Shown here in pieces: positions 61,351 through 64,000 of a stretch of DNA of 64,000 bases. The notes beneath the pieces were generated by a model. It ran no database searches, had not been told where the DNA came from, and saw nothing but the letters and a program-made list of their open reading frames with translations. The translations under genes were made by a program, and so were the position numbers. This DNA is from a bacterium (lineage in GTDB: Bacteria > Hinthialibacterota > Hinthialibacteria > Hinthialibacterales > Hinthialibacteraceae). Position 1 is the stretch's first letter, and the number at the start of each line of letters is the position of its first letter. The stretch covers positions 1-64,000 of the forward strand of contig JBHGBC010000006.1 of assembly GCA_041946805.1 (NCBI GenBank), written 5' to 3'.

Positions 61351-62130
61351 TTGAAAGAACGAATCTTTATCGGTCAATGTCCTCTGGATCCCGGAACGTT
61401 GGACGAGCTGGTTCACACGCTGGTGGAGGCCGTCGAAAAGCGGGAGAAACGGAAGGTCACGGGCATCAACGCCATCATGTACATCATGACGCAACGGGAC
61501 GAAGCGTACCGGGACCTGGTACGAAAGGCGGATTGCGTCATCAGCGACGGGTTTTGGCTGGCCTTCGCGGCCCGGCGTTTCGGATACCGAGACATCCACC
61601 ACATCGCGATCGTGCCCCTGGTCTTTGCGTTGTTGACCGCCCTGCAATCCCAACACCGGCGGGTATTTCTGCTGGGCGCGAAGGAAGACCGGGTCCGGAA
61701 AGCGGCGGAGACCGTGGCGGCGCGGTATCCAGGCCTCACGGTGGCCGGATTCCAAAACGGGTATTTTTCTCTGGAAGACGAGCCGGACATCGCGCAACGG
61801 ATCAATGAATCCCGGGCCGATGTGGTCCTGGTGGGGATGACCTCGCCCAAAAAGGAGGAATGGATGATCCGCAACCAGCCACGGATCGGCGCGCCGGTGC
61901 TGATCGGCGTGGGCGGCCTCTTGGACATCTGGGCGGGGGCCACCGCGGAAGGCCCGATGTGGCTGCGGCGGATCGGCCTGATGTGGCTCTACCGGCTGGT
62001 TCAGGAGCCGCGGCGCATGTGGCGGCGGTACCTGATCGGCAATCCCACGTTTGTGTGGTTGATTTTCAAGGAATGGTGGAAATCCACCCGGCCGGCGCCC
62101 ATGGACGCCGGAAAACCGGAAGTGCTGTGA
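61351..62130 (+). CDS. WecB/TagA/CpsF-family (GT26) glycosyltransferase
   Basis: AD..ISDG, VFLLGA, GYF, VGM.SPKKE, GVGG, GL.WLYRL.QEPRRMWRRY. Confidence 0.92.
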   Translation: MKERIFIGQCPLDPGTLDELVHTLVEAVEKREKRKVTGINAIMYIMTQRDEAYRDLVRKADCVISDGFWLAFAARRFGYRDIHHIAIVPLVFALLTALQSQHRRVFLLGAKEDRVRKAAETVAARYPGLTVAGFQNGYFSLEDEPDIAQRINESRADVVLVGMTSPKKEEWMIRNQPRIGAPVLIGVGGLLDIWAGATAEGPMWLRRIGLMWLYRLVQEPRRMWRRYLIGNPTFVWLIFKEWWKSTRPAPMDAGKPEVL

Positions 62131-62133
62131 CCA

Positions 62134-63087
62134 ATGGCCAGAAAATCGAAAGAAGGAGGAAAACGAGTGGCGAATATTTTAGTGACAGGCGGGAGAGGAT
62201 TCATCGGCGCCAATCTGATCCGCGAACTGCGTTCGCGCGGGCATGACGTGTGGACGGTGGACATCCTGCAAGGCGAGGACGACCGGCACATCAAGGCGGA
62301 TGTGGGGGTATATCAGCAGGTGGACGGTGTGTTTCAGAAGCATGCCTTCGATTTCGTGTACCACCTGGCGGCGGAATACGGGCGGTGGAACGGGGAAGAC
62401 CATTATGAAAATTTGTGGCGCACCAATGTCATCGGGACCAAGAACATGCTGCGGCTGCAGGAAAAACACCGGTTCAAGATGATCTTCTTCAGCAGCGCCG
62501 AAGTGTATGGCGATTACGACGAGTTGATGAGCGAAGACGTCATGGAGCGGGTGCCCATCCAGCAAATGAACGACTACGCCATCTCCAAGTGGGCGGGCGA
62601 ATTGCAATGCCTGAACAGCGCGGCCATGTTCCAGACTGAAACCGTCCGGGTGCGCCCCGTGGGATGCTACGGGCCGCACGAATATTACAGCCGCTACCGC
62701 GGGGTGATTCCCATCTTCGTGTACAGCTGCCTGCACCACAAGCCGTTCAAGGTGTACCGGGGGCACAAGCGCATCTTCGACTTCGTGGAGGACACCTGCC
62801 GGACCTTCGCCAACATCGCGGACCATTTCAAGCCCGGCGAGGTGTACAACGTCGGCAGCCGCGAGGATTGGGCCATTGATATCGAGGAACTGGCGGACAT
62901 CGTGTTGAAGGAAACCGGGGCCCATCCGAAACTAGCTCAGTATCACGGTTCGGAGGGATTCACCACCCGGGTGAAGGTCGTCGATTTCTCCAAGGCCCGC
63001 CGCGATTTGAAACACGATCCGAAAATCGACATCCACGAAGGCGTGAAGCGCTACGTGGCCTGGATGAAAAAAGTCTATGAAAAATAA
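62134..63087 (+). CDS. NAD-dependent nucleotide-sugar epimerase/dehydratase
   Basis: ILVTGGRGFIG, YHLAA, SSAEVYG, YAISK, YNVG. Confidence 0.92.
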   Translation: MARKSKEGGKRVANILVTGGRGFIGANLIRELRSRGHDVWTVDILQGEDDRHIKADVGVYQQVDGVFQKHAFDFVYHLAAEYGRWNGEDHYENLWRTNVIGTKNMLRLQEKHRFKMIFFSSAEVYGDYDELMSEDVMERVPIQQMNDYAISKWAGELQCLNSAAMFQTETVRVRPVGCYGPHEYYSRYRGVIPIFVYSCLHHKPFKVYRGHKRIFDFVEDTCRTFANIADHFKPGEVYNVGSREDWAIDIEELADIVLKETGAHPKLAQYHGSEGFTTRVKVVDFSKARRDLKHDPKIDIHEGVKRYVAWMKKVYEK

Positions 63088-63137
63088 ATAAACCCTGCAC
63101 CTGAGAAAAGGATGGGCTGGCGCGCAGCGCGTAATCC

Positions 63138-63310
63138 ATCATATCCTGCTCATCCTGGATATCCTGGCCATCCTGATTCAGACCAATTCCCCTCTCCCTC
63201 TGGGAGAGGGTCAGGGTGAGGGAATCATGAAGGGGTGGACCATGAAGCCCGCCCGGATCCCCGGCGGAATGGATGCTCCTTCCAACTCGCGCGTACATAC
63301 CGGATTAACC
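63138..63310. repeat. Composite repeat: (C)ATCCTG tandem units plus palindromic modules and a MITE-like end
   Basis: ATCCTG-N3 tandem also at about 12290-12327 and 30529-30568; CCCTCTCCC..GGGAGAGGG module; ends CCGGATTAACC. Confidence 0.65.
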
Positions 63311-63338
63311 AATCTATAAACCAAAAGGCTGCGAATCG

Positions 63339-64000
63339 ATGGATAACCATAAAAACACCAACTACAAAGAGTACTATCAGGGTAAAAAAGTACTGATCAC
63401 CGGGGGCGCGGGCGCCATCGGGACCAACCTCGCCCGGACCATCGCCGAATTGGGGGCGCAGTTGGTCATCATCCTGGACGACCTGTCCGCGGCGTACGAG
63501 TGGAACATCCCCTCGCTGCCCAACATCCTGTTTGTTAAAGGCAGCGTGGTGGATGAAATCGTGCTCAAGCGGGTGTTCGGCGAAAAGCCGGACATCGTTT
63601 ATCATCTGGCCGCCTTTTTCGCCAACCAGAATTCCGTGGATTATCCCGAGAAGGATCTGACCGTCAACGGCATGGGGACGCTGCGGATCTTCGAGTACGC
63701 CACTCTGCGCGGCATCGACCGGGTGGTGTACGCGTCGTCCGGATGCTCCATCTATGGCTCCAAGGCGCCGCTGCCCCTGACCGAGGAGTTCATGTCCATG
63801 CATCTGACCACCCCCTACCAGATCACCAAGATGCTGGGCGAACTCTACGCGAACTTCTTCTATCATCATCACGGCCTGCGCGTCGTGAAAACCCGGTTTT
63901 TCAATTCGTACGGCCCGGGCGAAGTCCCCGGCCAGTACCGTAACGTCATTCCCAATTTCATCTACCGCGCCTTGCAAGGCCAGCCGCTGCCTTTCACCGG
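63339..64000 (+). CDS. NAD-dependent epimerase/dehydratase (runs off the window; not in the ORF track)
   Basis: Hand translation MDNHKNTNYKEYYQGKKVLITGGAGAIGTN...YHLAA...SSGCSIYG...YQITK...RFFNSYGPG. Confidence 0.9.
   Translation, partial: MDNHKNTNYKEYYQGKKVLITGGAGAIGTNLARTIAELGAQLVIILDDLSAAYEWNIPSLPNILFVKGSVVDEIVLKRVFGEKPDIVYHLAAFFANQNSVDYPEKDLTVNGMGTLRIFEYATLRGIDRVVYASSGCSIYGSKAPLPLTEEFMSMHLTTPYQITKMLGELYANFFYHHHGLRVVKTRFFNSYGPGEVPGQYRNVIPNFIYRALQGQPLPFT

Overview
GC-rich bacterial window, probably from a diderm glycan-degrading anaerobe (a Tat-exported glycosidase, an outer-membrane efflux factor and Pro/Thr-linked secreted proteins point this way; the lifestyle is inference and no taxon is assigned). 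Left end: a selenocysteine-insertion locus (selB, tRNA-Sec, selA) interleaved with, and translationally coupled to, an ATP-dependent activase and a double-cubane-type Fe-S protein. No selD or selenoprotein is visible in the window. Middle: glycoside hydrolases, yggS, two cohesin-type surface proteins (one with a dockerin-like insert), tRNA-Val and tRNA-Asp, recJ, two TetR-controlled efflux operons (one bracketed by 79-bp inverted repeats) and RNase D. Right end: a c-di-GMP-I riboswitch ahead of two large secreted proteins, then a polysaccharide locus whose priming glycosyltransferase is fused to a degenerate GGDEF-like domain that keeps an RxxD site. A split version of the same pair lies at 36.3-37.5 kb. 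Intergenic DNA is full of modular palindromic/MITE-like repeats, two of which sit where pseudogenes break off. The two best candidates for undescribed systems are (1) c-di-GMP gating of polysaccharide priming together with riboswitch-controlled matrix proteins, and (2) the Sec machinery coupled to the double-cubane reductase/activase pair. All family calls come from motif recognition by eye; no searches were run.
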